64,000 bases of DNA from Candidatus Poseidoniales archaeon (GCA_012964335.1 DTUF01000047.1:13817-77816), one strand, 5' to 3'. Counted from the first letter of the stretch, positions 8,639-18,462 are shown. Notes: generated from the sequence alone by a model not told the origin. Numbers and translations: made by a program.

Positions 8639-10927
8639 TCATTGAGGTTTTCTAAGGAGCAAAAAAATCACTCCAATAATAAAGACAACTCCCAGAGCGA
8701 TGTTCATCATGCTCAAATTCTCTACGATTCCAGATTTCTGTGGTGTTTCTGATTCGATGCCGCTAGAATCCTCATCGTCATCATCATCGATGGGCGGGTC
8801 ATCATCATCTACTGGAGTTGTATCGGTAACATTGGTTTGGTCATCTTCAGGCATCGGTGTCTGATCACAATTGTCAGGAATTCCATCGCCATCTTGGTCG
8901 AGCAAGTCATTGTATCCAGCACACTGGTCATCGGCATCAGATATCCCATCCGCATCCGAGTCAATCAACGAATCACAACCATCTGCAATTCCATCTGCAT
9001 CTACATCCACGGTGTCGTCAAATCCGGGGCAGGCATCAGAGGAGTCCGCCACACCATCTGCATCCGAATCTATCAGAGTATCACAGCCGTCTGGAGTTCC
9101 ATCTGCATCTACATCCACGGTGTCGTCAAATCCGGGGCAGGCATCAGAGGAGTCCGCCACACCATCTGCATCCGAATCTATCAGAGGATCGCAACCATCG
9201 GGAATTCCGTCCTCGTCAACATCGATTGCGTCATCAAAACCTGGGCATGAATCCAGCGAATCCGAGATACCATCGCCATCCGAATCTATCAGAGAATCGC
9301 AATCGTCTGGAATCGAGTCGCCATCAATGTCAACATTATCGTCAAATCCACTGCAGAGATCTACATTGTCCTTGACACCATCTCCATCAGAATCATCGAT
9401 GCAGCCATCCCCATCAGAATCCCAAGGAATGGACTCTTCATTGCTGCAATCATCCGTCCAGGATTCAACATAATCGCCCGGTGTCATATCCTTACCGACA
9501 AATGCGGGGAATGAACTGTTGTAGCGATTAGTCTTGAACACCTTATTCATGTTACTCTTCCCATTTGGATTTTCAGGGATGTCGTCACCCTGATTCAGGG
9601 GCCCGTCACCAATCACTGGATTGATGTATTTCCAGACGACTTCGCCTTCCGGATTGACCTCAAATAACGTGCCACGCACACCCCATGTCACCAATGTGTT
9701 ACCATTCTCCAATCGCTCTACACCTCCCAAGGAGGATGCAAACATACTCGTACCTTGATCCCAAGACCAACTCGGTGCAGCAGGCCCCCAAGAACTGCCG
9801 GATTGCAAGACATATTCGCCATTGACCAGAGGTGGGGAAATGACATCGGCTGAAGAATAATCTCGTCCATGTCCATTGTTGAAGACAATCAAATCACCAG
9901 CACCGAGGCGTCCTTCATTGATCCACTGAATGTCATGTTGGCCGAACAGTTGCTGATCATTATTTGTCCCCGCGCGATAGGCTTCTGGATTGCCCCAGCG
10001 ATAGAGGATGTCTCCACCCTTCCCTGAGTTGCCACCGGTATGTCCAGCAGCTTCCTCTGTTGTCGTGCTATGATCGATGATGTAAATCTCGTTCACATTC
10101 CTACAGGACAATACAATTTGGTCCAAGATTGGGTTGTAATCGATGCCATTGCAATGCATCCAATCACTCTTGTATGGGTTAAGGGTGTCTGGTGAATCAA
10201 CGAAGTTGATGTCGAGTAATTCAGGGTGATCGCCAACGACGCCATAGTTGTCCTTGGCGGAATCATACTCCTGAATCAGATGGTCCCAGATGTTCCACTC
10301 CCACACGAATATGGCTGACCCGGTTCCGACGGGTTGAACCTCCACGATCTTGTCGGGCCAAAGGGTGTCTTGGCTCATCTTGTTGGGGTTGCGTCCTGCT
10401 TGTTGGGCTTCTGCTTCGCTTTTGAAATCCCACGCGATTATCAGAAAATTCCCATTGGGCAATGGTTCGATATCGTGATGGCTGCGATTGGTCTCTCCGG
10501 GGTAGAACCATTCCCATTCCATTTGGCTGTCCCAAGACAGACGCTCAATCTTACCAGCAACCCCGTTGCCATCATGATCAAAATTGGTACCAAGGTTGAC
10601 CGTTCGCAGCAAATCTCCATCCTCGAGCATGTAGGCCGACATACCGGGGGGAAGCCCACTAGGAGATGTCCACGAGTGAACCATTCGCCCATGTGCGTCA
10701 ATGAGGTATGTGCTCTCGGATGCCATCGGAGCGAAGAGTGTGTAATCCTCATTCACACGATTATCGCAATAGATGAGCCCGACAGTCCATGTGGTATTTC
10801 GATTGGCATTACAAATGGGTTCAATCGCAATGTCAGGTGAGAAGTATGCACCAGTGTGGGCGAGATTTCCTACTGGAAGAAGAAATGAAAAGAAAAGCAT
10901 TGAAACAAGGCAAAGACTCTTTTTCAT
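8639..10927 (-). CDS. Secreted aryl-sulfate sulfotransferase (ASST)-like protein with thrombospondin type-3-like Ca-binding repeats and a C-terminal membrane anchor
   Basis: SHHDIEPLPNGN, DWMHCNGIDY, LSCRN, YRWGNP, GQHD and VERLENGNTLVT are ASST beta-propeller motifs. DxDxDG-Cys repeats and a C-terminal TM followed by RKPQ. Confidence 0.85.
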   Translation of the reverse strand: MKKSLCLVSMLFFSFLLPVGNLAHTGAYFSPDIAIEPICNANRNTTWTVGLIYCDNRVNEDYTLFAPMASESTYLIDAHGRMVHSWTSPSGLPPGMSAYMLEDGDLLRTVNLGTNFDHDGNGVAGKIERLSWDSQMEWEWFYPGETNRSHHDIEPLPNGNFLIIAWDFKSEAEAQQAGRNPNKMSQDTLWPDKIVEVQPVGTGSAIFVWEWNIWDHLIQEYDSAKDNYGVVGDHPELLDINFVDSPDTLNPYKSDWMHCNGIDYNPILDQIVLSCRNVNEIYIIDHSTTTEEAAGHTGGNSGKGGDILYRWGNPEAYRAGTNNDQQLFGQHDIQWINEGRLGAGDLIVFNNGHGRDYSSADVISPPLVNGEYVLQSGSSWGPAAPSWSWDQGTSMFASSLGGVERLENGNTLVTWGVRGTLFEVNPEGEVVWKYINPVIGDGPLNQGDDIPENPNGKSNMNKVFKTNRYNSSFPAFVGKDMTPGDYVESWTDDCSNEESIPWDSDGDGCIDDSDGDGVKDNVDLCSGFDDNVDIDGDSIPDDCDSLIDSDGDGISDSLDSCPGFDDAIDVDEDGIPDGCDPLIDSDADGVADSSDACPGFDDTVDVDADGTPDGCDTLIDSDADGVADSSDACPGFDDTVDVDADGIADGCDSLIDSDADGISDADDQCAGYNDLLDQDGDGIPDNCDQTPMPEDDQTNVTDTTPVDDDDPPIDDDDDEDSSGIESETPQKSGIVENLSMMNIALGVVFIIGVIFLLLRKPQ
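8989..9186. repeat. Intragenic tandem duplication with a 108-bp period and a 90-bp identical core
   Basis: 8989-9078 is identical to 9097-9186. It encodes repeated LIDSDADGVADSSDACPGFDDTVDVDADG units. Confidence 0.9.
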
Positions 10928-11041
10928 GTTCAGCGGATGAACGCCTTCTTCATTATCTTCTCTATTTCAAAACTTTGAAAATGATTTAACGATGTAAATC
11001 CTGCCGATAACATCAGAATATCCCACGTCTTCCGAGCAACA

Positions 11042-12085
11042 ATGGGAAAGGTTGCGAGCCTCTTACTGGTTCTAATTATGCTTGGCTCGGTGCTTGTTGG
11101 GTGCTTGCAATCTTCTGAAATAGTATCATCAGACCCTATTCCTGAGCCTCTGCTAGAAGATGAGCCTGAATCCGAGCCTAATCCTGAGCCATTAGTTAGA
11201 AATTTTGACCACGATGGTGATGGTTTCACTACAGGTTGGGAATTAGATAATGGCTGGGACCCTGAGGACATTATTTCCTCACCAGCCTGCAACTCATTCC
11301 GGGAACTTTGCAGTAGGGGTGTGAATGAAACAGTCTGGGCAACTACCCACAATTCACATGCATCATATGATCGTAATCACAACATCTTGAGTGGGAGTCA
11401 ACGAACTAATATCACAGCGCAAATGCAAGGCGGTATCCGCGTCATCAATCTTGATGTTCACGAATACAATAACCAATCAATGCTGTGTCACGGCGGCTAT
11501 GATTATCCTCTTCATCCATGTTTTATCAGTGGGAATTGGCCTTTAGAGGATGCTTTTTTAGAGGTGGTATCATTTCTTGAGAACAACTCATTTGCAATTC
11601 TAATCATCACTCTTGAGAGTTATATCACCGCTCAGGATTTAGCAAATGCATCTGATTCAACCCAATTAACACCCTATTTCCATAGCCAAGAATTAGGTTC
11701 TCAATGGCCAACTTTGGCTACCCTCATTGAATCGGGTAAAAGAGTTATTTTGTTCAGTCAAGACCGTCCAGAGGTTGACATTTCGTGGTATCACTATGAT
11801 GGGGACTACATGGCAAAAACACACTGGGCATACAATGACTCGTCCTATTTCACCTGTGAACTAACGCGTGGCAATGTCTCAAGTCCATTACGTTGGCTTG
11901 ACCATTTTGTGACTGACCCATTATCCTCTGAGTCTGCTTCAAACGCTACCAATCAGGTTTCGGTTGTTGTTGAACGGGCAAACAATTGCACTCAGCAATG
12001 GGGACAGATTCCTAACTTTATTGCAGTAGATTTTTGGGGTCAAGGCGACATTGTGTTAGCCGTTGAAACCCTAAACGGTTTCTAA
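11042..12085 (+). CDS. Lipoprotein with PI-PLC X-domain-like phosphodiesterase
   Basis: Lipobox VLVGC. THNSH, QMQGGIRVINLDVH, LCHG, IITLES and PNFIAVDF match the PLC-like phosphodiesterase TIM barrel. Confidence 0.8.
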   Translation: MGKVASLLLVLIMLGSVLVGCLQSSEIVSSDPIPEPLLEDEPESEPNPEPLVRNFDHDGDGFTTGWELDNGWDPEDIISSPACNSFRELCSRGVNETVWATTHNSHASYDRNHNILSGSQRTNITAQMQGGIRVINLDVHEYNNQSMLCHGGYDYPLHPCFISGNWPLEDAFLEVVSFLENNSFAILIITLESYITAQDLANASDSTQLTPYFHSQELGSQWPTLATLIESGKRVILFSQDRPEVDISWYHYDGDYMAKTHWAYNDSSYFTCELTRGNVSSPLRWLDHFVTDPLSSESASNATNQVSVVVERANNCTQQWGQIPNFIAVDFWGQGDIVLAVETLNGF

Positions 12086-12104
12086 CGATAAAATTGCAAA
12101 GCCA

Positions 12105-13151
12105 TCAGTGGCGGAATCCAGACCATCTGCCTTCAGAAGGAGGTCTTTGGAGAGCAAGGTAACACCACTTATCGTTAATTTGGAATCCACATAACCAAAT
12201 TTTGTGTACCCCATTAGCGAGTCGTGCTGCTAAGCAAGCTTGAGCCCAATCATGAGGTGCTAACCATTCAGGTTGAAGTAACCAAGGCGCATGCTCCTCT
12301 CCTATTGAAAGTTCGTAGAGTCGCCAACGAGTACCAAATTTGAATCCTGAACGAGGGAGAAGTTTTCTGACTAGAATGTCTCTCAGTAATGAGATGCTTC
12401 CATTTTCATCTGCAGCATCTTCTAAGATTCGGACTTCATCTTCGTCAAGCCACTTACCCTCAGGAAGGGGTGTTCCAATTTGTTCGGGGAGTTCAATATC
12501 TCGTGGCATAAAGGCACCATCCCATCGCCCACCAACCAAACTAGGTTCAGACTCGAGAAGTTCATCTAATTCAATTTCAGGCATAGCCCCAGCCGGTTCG
12601 GCTGGATTTACTCTGTATGTGGTTACTCCCATCTCTTCGTCAACAATCAGTACTTCCGCTATTCTGCCAAGTGCTGTTACTTCAGCCGCCCAACTGTACA
12701 GACTATTCCATTGAATTGGCTCAAAATCTCTCACCCAAATAACTTCAGCAGCCGCCAAACCAGTTTTGAGATTTGAAGAGCGTGACCATCGTAATGCCCA
12801 ACTACCATCTGAAACAATTGTTTTTGGAGATATCTTAGTGACATTATTTGCTAAAACAACCTGTTCACCAGGTACCCTCATTGCTTCTAAGGCGGCGGTT
12901 TCATGCAATAATTCAGCAGATTCAACTAATTGTTCTGATAACCATTTTTCAGCCATCTCGAGATGTCTGTGGCGGTTACAAAAAAGAACTTCACACGGTT
13001 GCAACAATAATTCATTTTTTGGAAGTGGAATCCCTATGCCGGATTTATCAAAAAGTCTCTGTGCAGCAGGTCCTGAAAGCACCCAGCCATCAGAATTTTG
13101 CACGCAAGGGCCAATTGACCGCCCTTTCGCCGTGCCCTTCTCCATGACCAC
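12105..13151 (-). CDS. endA: tRNA splicing endonuclease (two-unit, alpha2-like)
   Basis: C-terminal unit has SGFKFGTRWRLY...EEHAPWL...ARLANGVHK (catalytic Y/H/K positions). The N-terminal unit is degenerate (LIVDEEMGVTTY). Confidence 0.8.
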   Translation of the reverse strand: MVMEKGTAKGRSIGPCVQNSDGWVLSGPAAQRLFDKSGIGIPLPKNELLLQPCEVLFCNRHRHLEMAEKWLSEQLVESAELLHETAALEAMRVPGEQVVLANNVTKISPKTIVSDGSWALRWSRSSNLKTGLAAAEVIWVRDFEPIQWNSLYSWAAEVTALGRIAEVLIVDEEMGVTTYRVNPAEPAGAMPEIELDELLESEPSLVGGRWDGAFMPRDIELPEQIGTPLPEGKWLDEDEVRILEDAADENGSISLLRDILVRKLLPRSGFKFGTRWRLYELSIGEEHAPWLLQPEWLAPHDWAQACLAARLANGVHKIWLCGFQINDKWCYLALQRPPSEGRWSGFRH

Positions 13152-13236
13152 CCCCCCACCCTATCAGACTTGAGTCCTTTCCCCAAATCACCCCTCACAT
13201 TTGATAGGAGGTAGCCACCCACCGAACTTGAGGAAC

Positions 13237-14016
13237 ATGGCTACCCCGGGCAAACTTGGTGAGTTCACGGTCGAACAGCGAGTCCTGATTCACTTGTTTG
13301 AGCACCCCAAAAACCGTTCCCAATGGGATGGCAAAAGAGAGCAAACTCAGGCTGGCATCAGTTGTGCTGTTGGGATTGCACGAAAGCATCTTCCTCGAAC
13401 TTTGAAATCCTTGATGTCGCAGGATTTAGTTGAGGTTGAAACCCGCCATGTTGCGGGCTCAAAACAACGTTGTAGAGTCTATTTTCTAACTCCAGTCGGG
13501 GTTGGGGCCGCTGAGCCGATGCGAGTTAACTTGGCGACAACAGAAATTTCTGTTGATGGAAGTACCACAACTTTTGGCAATTTAGCAGGCCATGAGTTGC
13601 CATATTTACATGTATTAAGCCATCTCAGTTCAGATAACTTTTACGACCCGAATATGCATGATGGTGAAATGGATGAAGACTCTCCATGTATTGACTTATA
13701 CAGAAAAGTGTTGCACCGCGCTTGGAACGATGGCATATTAACTGCAGATGAGCGAGGAATGTTGGATGACATATCATTACATCTATGTCTTGAGCCAGAT
13801 GATGTTGAAAAGGTGGAATCCGAAGTATCTTCACAGCGAATTAATTCGGATGACCAGCAGAGACATACTTTCATTGAAGTGCTTGAAGTTGCTTGGCAAG
13901 ATGGTTTCATTTCTGATGATGAACAAGAGATGTTGGATACTCTTGCCAAGTCATTAGGAATAGATGCAGAGCATGCCGCACAGGTGCAATTAGAATGGAT
14001 TATTCGCCATTCGTAA
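13237..14016 (+). CDS. Winged-helix protein with two C-terminal TerB-like repeats
   Basis: HTH/wing TQAGISCAVGIARKHLPRTLKSL...RVYFLT. Repeats AWNDGILTADERGML and AWQDGFISDDEQEML. ATG at 13237 preferred over TTG at 13201. Confidence 0.65.
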   Translation: MATPGKLGEFTVEQRVLIHLFEHPKNRSQWDGKREQTQAGISCAVGIARKHLPRTLKSLMSQDLVEVETRHVAGSKQRCRVYFLTPVGVGAAEPMRVNLATTEISVDGSTTTFGNLAGHELPYLHVLSHLSSDNFYDPNMHDGEMDEDSPCIDLYRKVLHRAWNDGILTADERGMLDDISLHLCLEPDDVEKVESEVSSQRINSDDQQRHTFIEVLEVAWQDGFISDDEQEMLDTLAKSLGIDAEHAAQVQLEWIIRHS

Positions 14017-14053
14017 ATAGGTGGGTTGATTTGGCGTCGGCCTTTCGCGCAGT

Positions 14054-15127
14054 TTGACAGGGGTTGGCGCGGTGCTAGACGAAGTAGTGCAAAACGAGAT
14101 TGACCTGCTACGGTCACTTCACGAAATGGTAGTAAATCCAGAAGAAAAACCGGTTCTTTTGATGGGTGACGTAATTCTTGACCGCTACTTTCACGGGTGG
14201 GCGAATCACCTCAATTCTTTTGCACCGGTTCCGGTTGTTAAGGTAATCAACAAATCTGAGAGTGCGGGGGCTGCTGCCCATATCGCTAGAGGATTAGTTA
14301 ATCTAGGAATGAATGTCAGATTTTTCTGTATTCTTGGCGGAGACGAAAATGGTCAAATTATTGCCCAGCAATTACATGAAGAGAAGGTGGATACTTCCGA
14401 TATTAGAATCGCTGCTCACCTCTCCACAGTTGCAAAAACTAGAATTTATGGTTCGCGTGAAAGTTTGATTGACCGTAATCAATTAATTCTACAGTTTGAT
14501 GAAGAATCTAGTGAAGAGTATCCTGAAGGAGTTATTGATAAATTGACAAAGGCGGCTTGTAAGGCTCTTCCAGGTTCTTGTGCGGTTGTCCTAAGCGATT
14601 ATGGCAAAGGAGTAGTCAGTGATGCGGGGGCGGCTGAGGTGATCGCTACAGCTAAGGCGTCAGAAGTTCCCGTAATCTGTGACCCTAAACTAACTGGCTT
14701 ACATCGGACAGTGGGTGCTACCGTAGCGATGTTCGAAATACGAGGGTTAGAATTGCTACGAAGGCGTAGCAATCTACCTGATGCTGAATCAACCGCAGCC
14801 CACTTCATTGAAGAACACGATTGGCAAGGTATGTTGGTCTTAGGCGGAGAAGATGGTACAACCTTGTATCAAAAAGATGAGGACCCATTGTTCTTGCCTT
14901 GTTTAATTGAAGTTCCACAACAACTGATTGGATTACATGATGCTGCTGCAACTGCACTTGCTTGTGCTTTAGGTGCAGGTAGAACGCTTGCTGAAGGTGC
15001 AAGATTAGCTAACGCCGCATGCGAATGTGTGTTAGCGGCTGAAACCAGCCGTGTAGTTCTTGACCGCAAGAAATTAATGACCCGTCTAGATGAATTATCA
15101 TGGCACTTCCAGATTTCAGACCGCTAA
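14054..15127 (+). CDS. PfkB/ribokinase-family protein resembling the RfaE/HldE kinase domain, with an atypical anion-hole motif
   Basis: MGDVILDRY, APVPVV, AKTRI, VLSDYGKGV and ICDPK match HldE domain I. The GAGD position reads GLHD. Confidence 0.8.
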   Translation: MTGVGAVLDEVVQNEIDLLRSLHEMVVNPEEKPVLLMGDVILDRYFHGWANHLNSFAPVPVVKVINKSESAGAAAHIARGLVNLGMNVRFFCILGGDENGQIIAQQLHEEKVDTSDIRIAAHLSTVAKTRIYGSRESLIDRNQLILQFDEESSEEYPEGVIDKLTKAACKALPGSCAVVLSDYGKGVVSDAGAAEVIATAKASEVPVICDPKLTGLHRTVGATVAMFEIRGLELLRRRSNLPDAESTAAHFIEEHDWQGMLVLGGEDGTTLYQKDEDPLFLPCLIEVPQQLIGLHDAAATALACALGAGRTLAEGARLANAACECVLAAETSRVVLDRKKLMTRLDELSWHFQISDR

Positions 15128-15199
15128 GGTGGATTAGATGAATTCCTCAACATTGAGGTTCCAGCCCAGAACGAAAAACCAAAACATGGAGAGCATGAT

Positions 15200-15673
15200 A
15201 TGAGTTGGTGGATAATGCCAACAACTGCTGATGTAGGCATCCGCGCATTTGCCGCTACAAAAGAAACAGCCATCCAAGAGGTTACCTTGGGGATGCAGTC
15301 AATTCTATTGTCTGAAAAAGGGGAACAAGAACTGTCAGAGCTCACAAGACACACAGGTGAATGGAGTGTGGAGATGGCTAATAGTTTGGATAATACCATG
15401 GTGGCATGGCTTGAAGAAGTACTTTACCAAGGAGAAGTTGAAGGTCGATGGTTGGTTGATTTACAAATTCAGTTAACAGAACAATCGCTCAATTCTCAAG
15501 TTTCATTTGCTAATGCGGATGATGTCGAAAGAGAGGTTGAAATCAAAGCAGTAACTCGTCATGAACTCATTCTCTTTGAAGTTCCAGCAGGTATTGAATT
15601 TCCAGGGGTTGCGCCAGATATCCCTACCTTCGAAGGTCCGGGATGGATTGCTCAAGTTATCTTTGATATCTGA
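15200..15673 (+). CDS. Archease
   Basis: TTADVGIRA, WLEEVLY, EIKAVTRHEL and a C-terminal VIFDI. Confidence 0.9.
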   Translation: MSWWIMPTTADVGIRAFAATKETAIQEVTLGMQSILLSEKGEQELSELTRHTGEWSVEMANSLDNTMVAWLEEVLYQGEVEGRWLVDLQIQLTEQSLNSQVSFANADDVEREVEIKAVTRHELILFEVPAGIEFPGVAPDIPTFEGPGWIAQVIFDI

Positions 15674-15682
15674 AAATGAAAA

Positions 15683-15985
15683 GTGGGCGCGCCCGAGGTG
15701 GACGCTCGTTGCCGCTTCCGAAAATGCCTCCGTCTTCTCAACCCCGGTACCCCAAGGCACCCAAAGTTCCGGGTTGGGCTGCTCCATTCCTGGCCTCACC
15801 TGATTCCCCGGCTAGAGGTGTTAGCAGATTCCCTCCGGAATCCGTTCTTCCAACCTGAGTCACTTGGGGGCGAGGTATCAGCGTCCACGGTTGCTACGTC
15901 CACGGCTCGTCTGCGCCGCCCCCGGGCTTCGGATCACCAGTTGCGATTTGTGATATAGGGAACGCCAACTCCCCTCCTAGCCCAG
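15683..15985 (-). ncRNA. ffs: Archaeal signal recognition particle (7S/SRP) RNA
   Basis: GC-rich, about 300 nt. The minus strand begins TGGGCTAGGAGGGGAGTTGGCGTTCCC (Alu-like). Helix 8 reads GAGGCCAGGAATGGAGCAGC with a GGAA tetraloop. 3' GCCCA pairs with 5' TGGGC, and a T-rich tract follows. Ends are approximate. Confidence 0.9.
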
Positions 15986-16049
15986 TCAACCGGCGATGGT
16001 TAGCCCATTTGAACCTCACGCTAAGTGAAGGGGGTTCGTGACACTGTGT

Positions 16050-16433
16050 TCATTCGGCTTCGTATTTGGATGGGCAACCAGTGATTATCTCATCTGCACT
16101 AAGAGTCCATTCTCCACCGTGATTACTCAATATTCCTTTGATTGCCACAACTCTACCTTCCTCGAATGCAGGAGGAATTGCAACTCCAGCAGCATTAATG
16201 GTAAGATTATGTGATTCGCCACTAATTAAGAAGGTTCGATTTACTGAATCAAAAGAACCTATTGCTACTGTACCTCGCAAATGTAAATCACCATTATCAA
16301 ATTGAGAAGGGGAATCCATTACTTCGTCGACACTATACTGAATTGCAGGCTCATTGCCGACCATTACTAGTGCTAAAGAAACTACAACGAAAAGCCCGAT
16401 AATCCCTAGGCGGGCGCGTCGACTTAGGGCCAT
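16050..16433 (-). CDS. ccmE: Cytochrome c maturation heme chaperone CcmE, CxxxY type
   Basis: N-terminal TM, OB-fold pattern (LRGTV...FEEGRVVAIKG...ADEI) and C-terminal GCPSKYE. Confidence 0.85.
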   Translation of the reverse strand: MALSRRARLGIIGLFVVVSLALVMVGNEPAIQYSVDEVMDSPSQFDNGDLHLRGTVAIGSFDSVNRTFLISGESHNLTINAAGVAIPPAFEEGRVVAIKGILSNHGGEWTLSADEIITGCPSKYEAE

Positions 16434-16471
16434 AATTCACTCCGTGAGCGCATAGTCAATAAATCTGACCA

Positions 16472-17455
16472 CTAACCATGATGTTGACCAAAGTCACTTT
16501 GTTGTAGTAACCAATCACCTTCCATCACAGGTCCTTGGCGACAAGTCAATCGGTCACCAACCATACATAATCCACAAACAGCAATGGCACAAGGTAGGTA
16601 CCTCTCCATCGCGGCATAACAATCAATGCCAGCTTCAACAGCCATCGCAAGTACTGGTTTCATCATTGGTTCTGGGCCACAAGTAAGTAGCGTGCAATTG
16701 TCAGAGTCAAGCCCTTCGAGAAGTTTTTCAAGAGGTTGTGTTGGATAACCACGAATTCCTTGTGTCCCGTCGTCGGTAGTTATGGTAAGTGAGTCACTAA
16801 GGCCTTCCATTCGTTGTACATAGTGGGCTTCACTAGCATTTCTAAAACCCATGATAGTGTGTATTTTCAGGCGGCTACCGAGTTTATTTCTAGCCTCTCT
16901 AGCCATCATATGCATTGGTGTTGAGCCAATACCTCCTGAAACTAGAATCAGTGTACTGCCTGATTTTGGCGTTGGGAAAGTTGTACCAAATGGGCCTCTA
17001 ATTGCCAACCAATCTCCTATGGACATACGAGTTAATTCGCCACTTTGGCGACCCAAGTCTTTGATTGTAAATCCCATTAGCGTGTTCCCCACCTTACCTT
17101 CATCAGCAGCAGTGGTTTCATCAATTCCAGCCCGATCAATTTTGATGTCCCCGACACTGTATGGCTTTTCAGAGTTGAAATTTGTTCTACTCATTCCACC
17201 TTCTGCATCGTAAGGATTCCAGCACATGAAGAATTGTCCTGCCTTGTATGCAGTAGCCAATTCTGCAGGTACTTGTAGCCAAACGGTCACGACGCTTTCT
17301 GCTTCGTGGTCAATCTCCATAACTGGCAAAGGGATTGGTGCTAATATTTTGCCAGATTCCCTGAATTCTTTTGCCACCCTTTCACAGCAAATATCTGCTA
17401 ATTTTTGTAGGTCAAAGTCATCATCTCTTGTTTGTGGTGATGTTGCGAGGGTCAA
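16472..17455 (-). CDS. pyrK: Dihydroorotate dehydrogenase electron transfer subunit
   Basis: EKPYS, RGPFG, SGGIGSTP, TCGPEPMM and the 2Fe-2S motif CAIAVCGLC...TCRQGPV. Overlaps pyrD by 4 bp. Confidence 0.88.
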   Translation of the reverse strand: MTLATSPQTRDDDFDLQKLADICCERVAKEFRESGKILAPIPLPVMEIDHEAESVVTVWLQVPAELATAYKAGQFFMCWNPYDAEGGMSRTNFNSEKPYSVGDIKIDRAGIDETTAADEGKVGNTLMGFTIKDLGRQSGELTRMSIGDWLAIRGPFGTTFPTPKSGSTLILVSGGIGSTPMHMMAREARNKLGSRLKIHTIMGFRNASEAHYVQRMEGLSDSLTITTDDGTQGIRGYPTQPLEKLLEGLDSDNCTLLTCGPEPMMKPVLAMAVEAGIDCYAAMERYLPCAIAVCGLCMVGDRLTCRQGPVMEGDWLLQQSDFGQHHG

Positions 17456-18411
17456 TTCAACCCCTCCATTGTGTCAAGTGCAATTCCTCTCATACTCTCA
17501 AGATCAGAATAACCTTGCACATCCATGAATTCGTTCAATTCGTTTTCTATCTCTCCGAAAACATCTGCATCACCATAAATGAGCGCACTGCCGATTTGAA
17601 CTGCTGTGGCACCAAGCATGATGAAGCGAGCAACATCTAGTCCAGTTGTGATTCCACCCATTGCTAGAATCGGTGCGGTAGGGATTTCTCCTCGCCGCAT
17701 TGCTAGGGCAACCTCTGCCACCTTCCGTTGGGCGATAGGACGAATCGAAGGACCTGACATCCCACATAGCAGATTACCTATAATTGGACGGCCAGCATAT
17801 GGGTCAACTTCCAGAGCTGACACGGTGTTGATGAGGGAAACACCGTCTGCACCCGCTTCTAAGGCCGCTCCTGCCTCAGTAGAGACTTGAGCGGTGTTCG
17901 GAGTCAGTTTGGCATAGACAGGGATTCCTACAGCCTGTTTTACGGCTGAAATATATTCTTTGATTAGTTCAGGTTGTTGTCCTACAATCAAGGCACGACT
18001 TCCTGGTTTGGCGTGAGGGCAGGATAAATTCAACTCCAAAGCGGTCGCTCCTGCAGCCTCCATTTTCTTTGCAATATCTGCAACCGATTCAGCATCAGGA
18101 CCGAAAATGGAAACCAACATCGGCTTAGAAAATTCATTTTGGGATAGCATCTCAGTAAAGGAGTCAACACCCGGGTTAGGAAGTCCCATTGCGTTAAGAA
18201 CAACTGAATCAGTTGATTCAACACAAACAGGCCCAGGATAGATTTCTCTTGCAACTGGGCCAATACTCTTTGAGACTAAGCCGCCACACCTGCTAGCTGC
18301 TACTCGATGTAAAGCTGCGGCGGTGCCACCTTGGACGCCACTTGCCAACATCAGTGGGTTTGCTAAAGCCAATCCGGGCACTTCAACGCCGAGTTCCGCC
18401 ATCCTGCTCAA
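17452..18411 (-). CDS. pyrD: Dihydroorotate dehydrogenase (family 1B), catalytic subunit
   Basis: NPLMLASG, NAMGLPNPG, ELNLSCPH, AKLTPN, INT, SGPSIRP and GATAVQIGSA. Confidence 0.93.
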   Translation of the reverse strand: MSRMAELGVEVPGLALANPLMLASGVQGGTAAALHRVAASRCGGLVSKSIGPVAREIYPGPVCVESTDSVVLNAMGLPNPGVDSFTEMLSQNEFSKPMLVSIFGPDAESVADIAKKMEAAGATALELNLSCPHAKPGSRALIVGQQPELIKEYISAVKQAVGIPVYAKLTPNTAQVSTEAGAALEAGADGVSLINTVSALEVDPYAGRPIIGNLLCGMSGPSIRPIAQRKVAEVALAMRRGEIPTAPILAMGGITTGLDVARFIMLGATAVQIGSALIYGDADVFGEIENELNEFMDVQGYSDLESMRGIALDTMEGLN

Positions 18412-18462
18412 TAGGGCGGCTCAGCCGGCACTCTTCAAGCGTTGCGACTCATCGGCGCATAT

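Noticed and set aside
8989..9186. Direct repeats as a possible CRISPR array
   Set aside because: In-frame 108-bp coding duplication with no unique spacers and no cas genes.
8837..9473. Three overlapping + strand ORFs with repeats
   Set aside because: Antisense shadows of the Asp-rich repeat region of the ASST-like gene.
15125..15199. Kinase and archease ORFs are in the same frame, separated by one TAA and 24 open codons (possible readthrough fusion)
   Set aside because: Easily arises by chance. Both proteins look complete and there is no recoding signal.
15676..15958. ORFs 15676-15858 and 15683-15958
   Set aside because: They lie antisense to the SRP RNA and are GC-rich artefacts.
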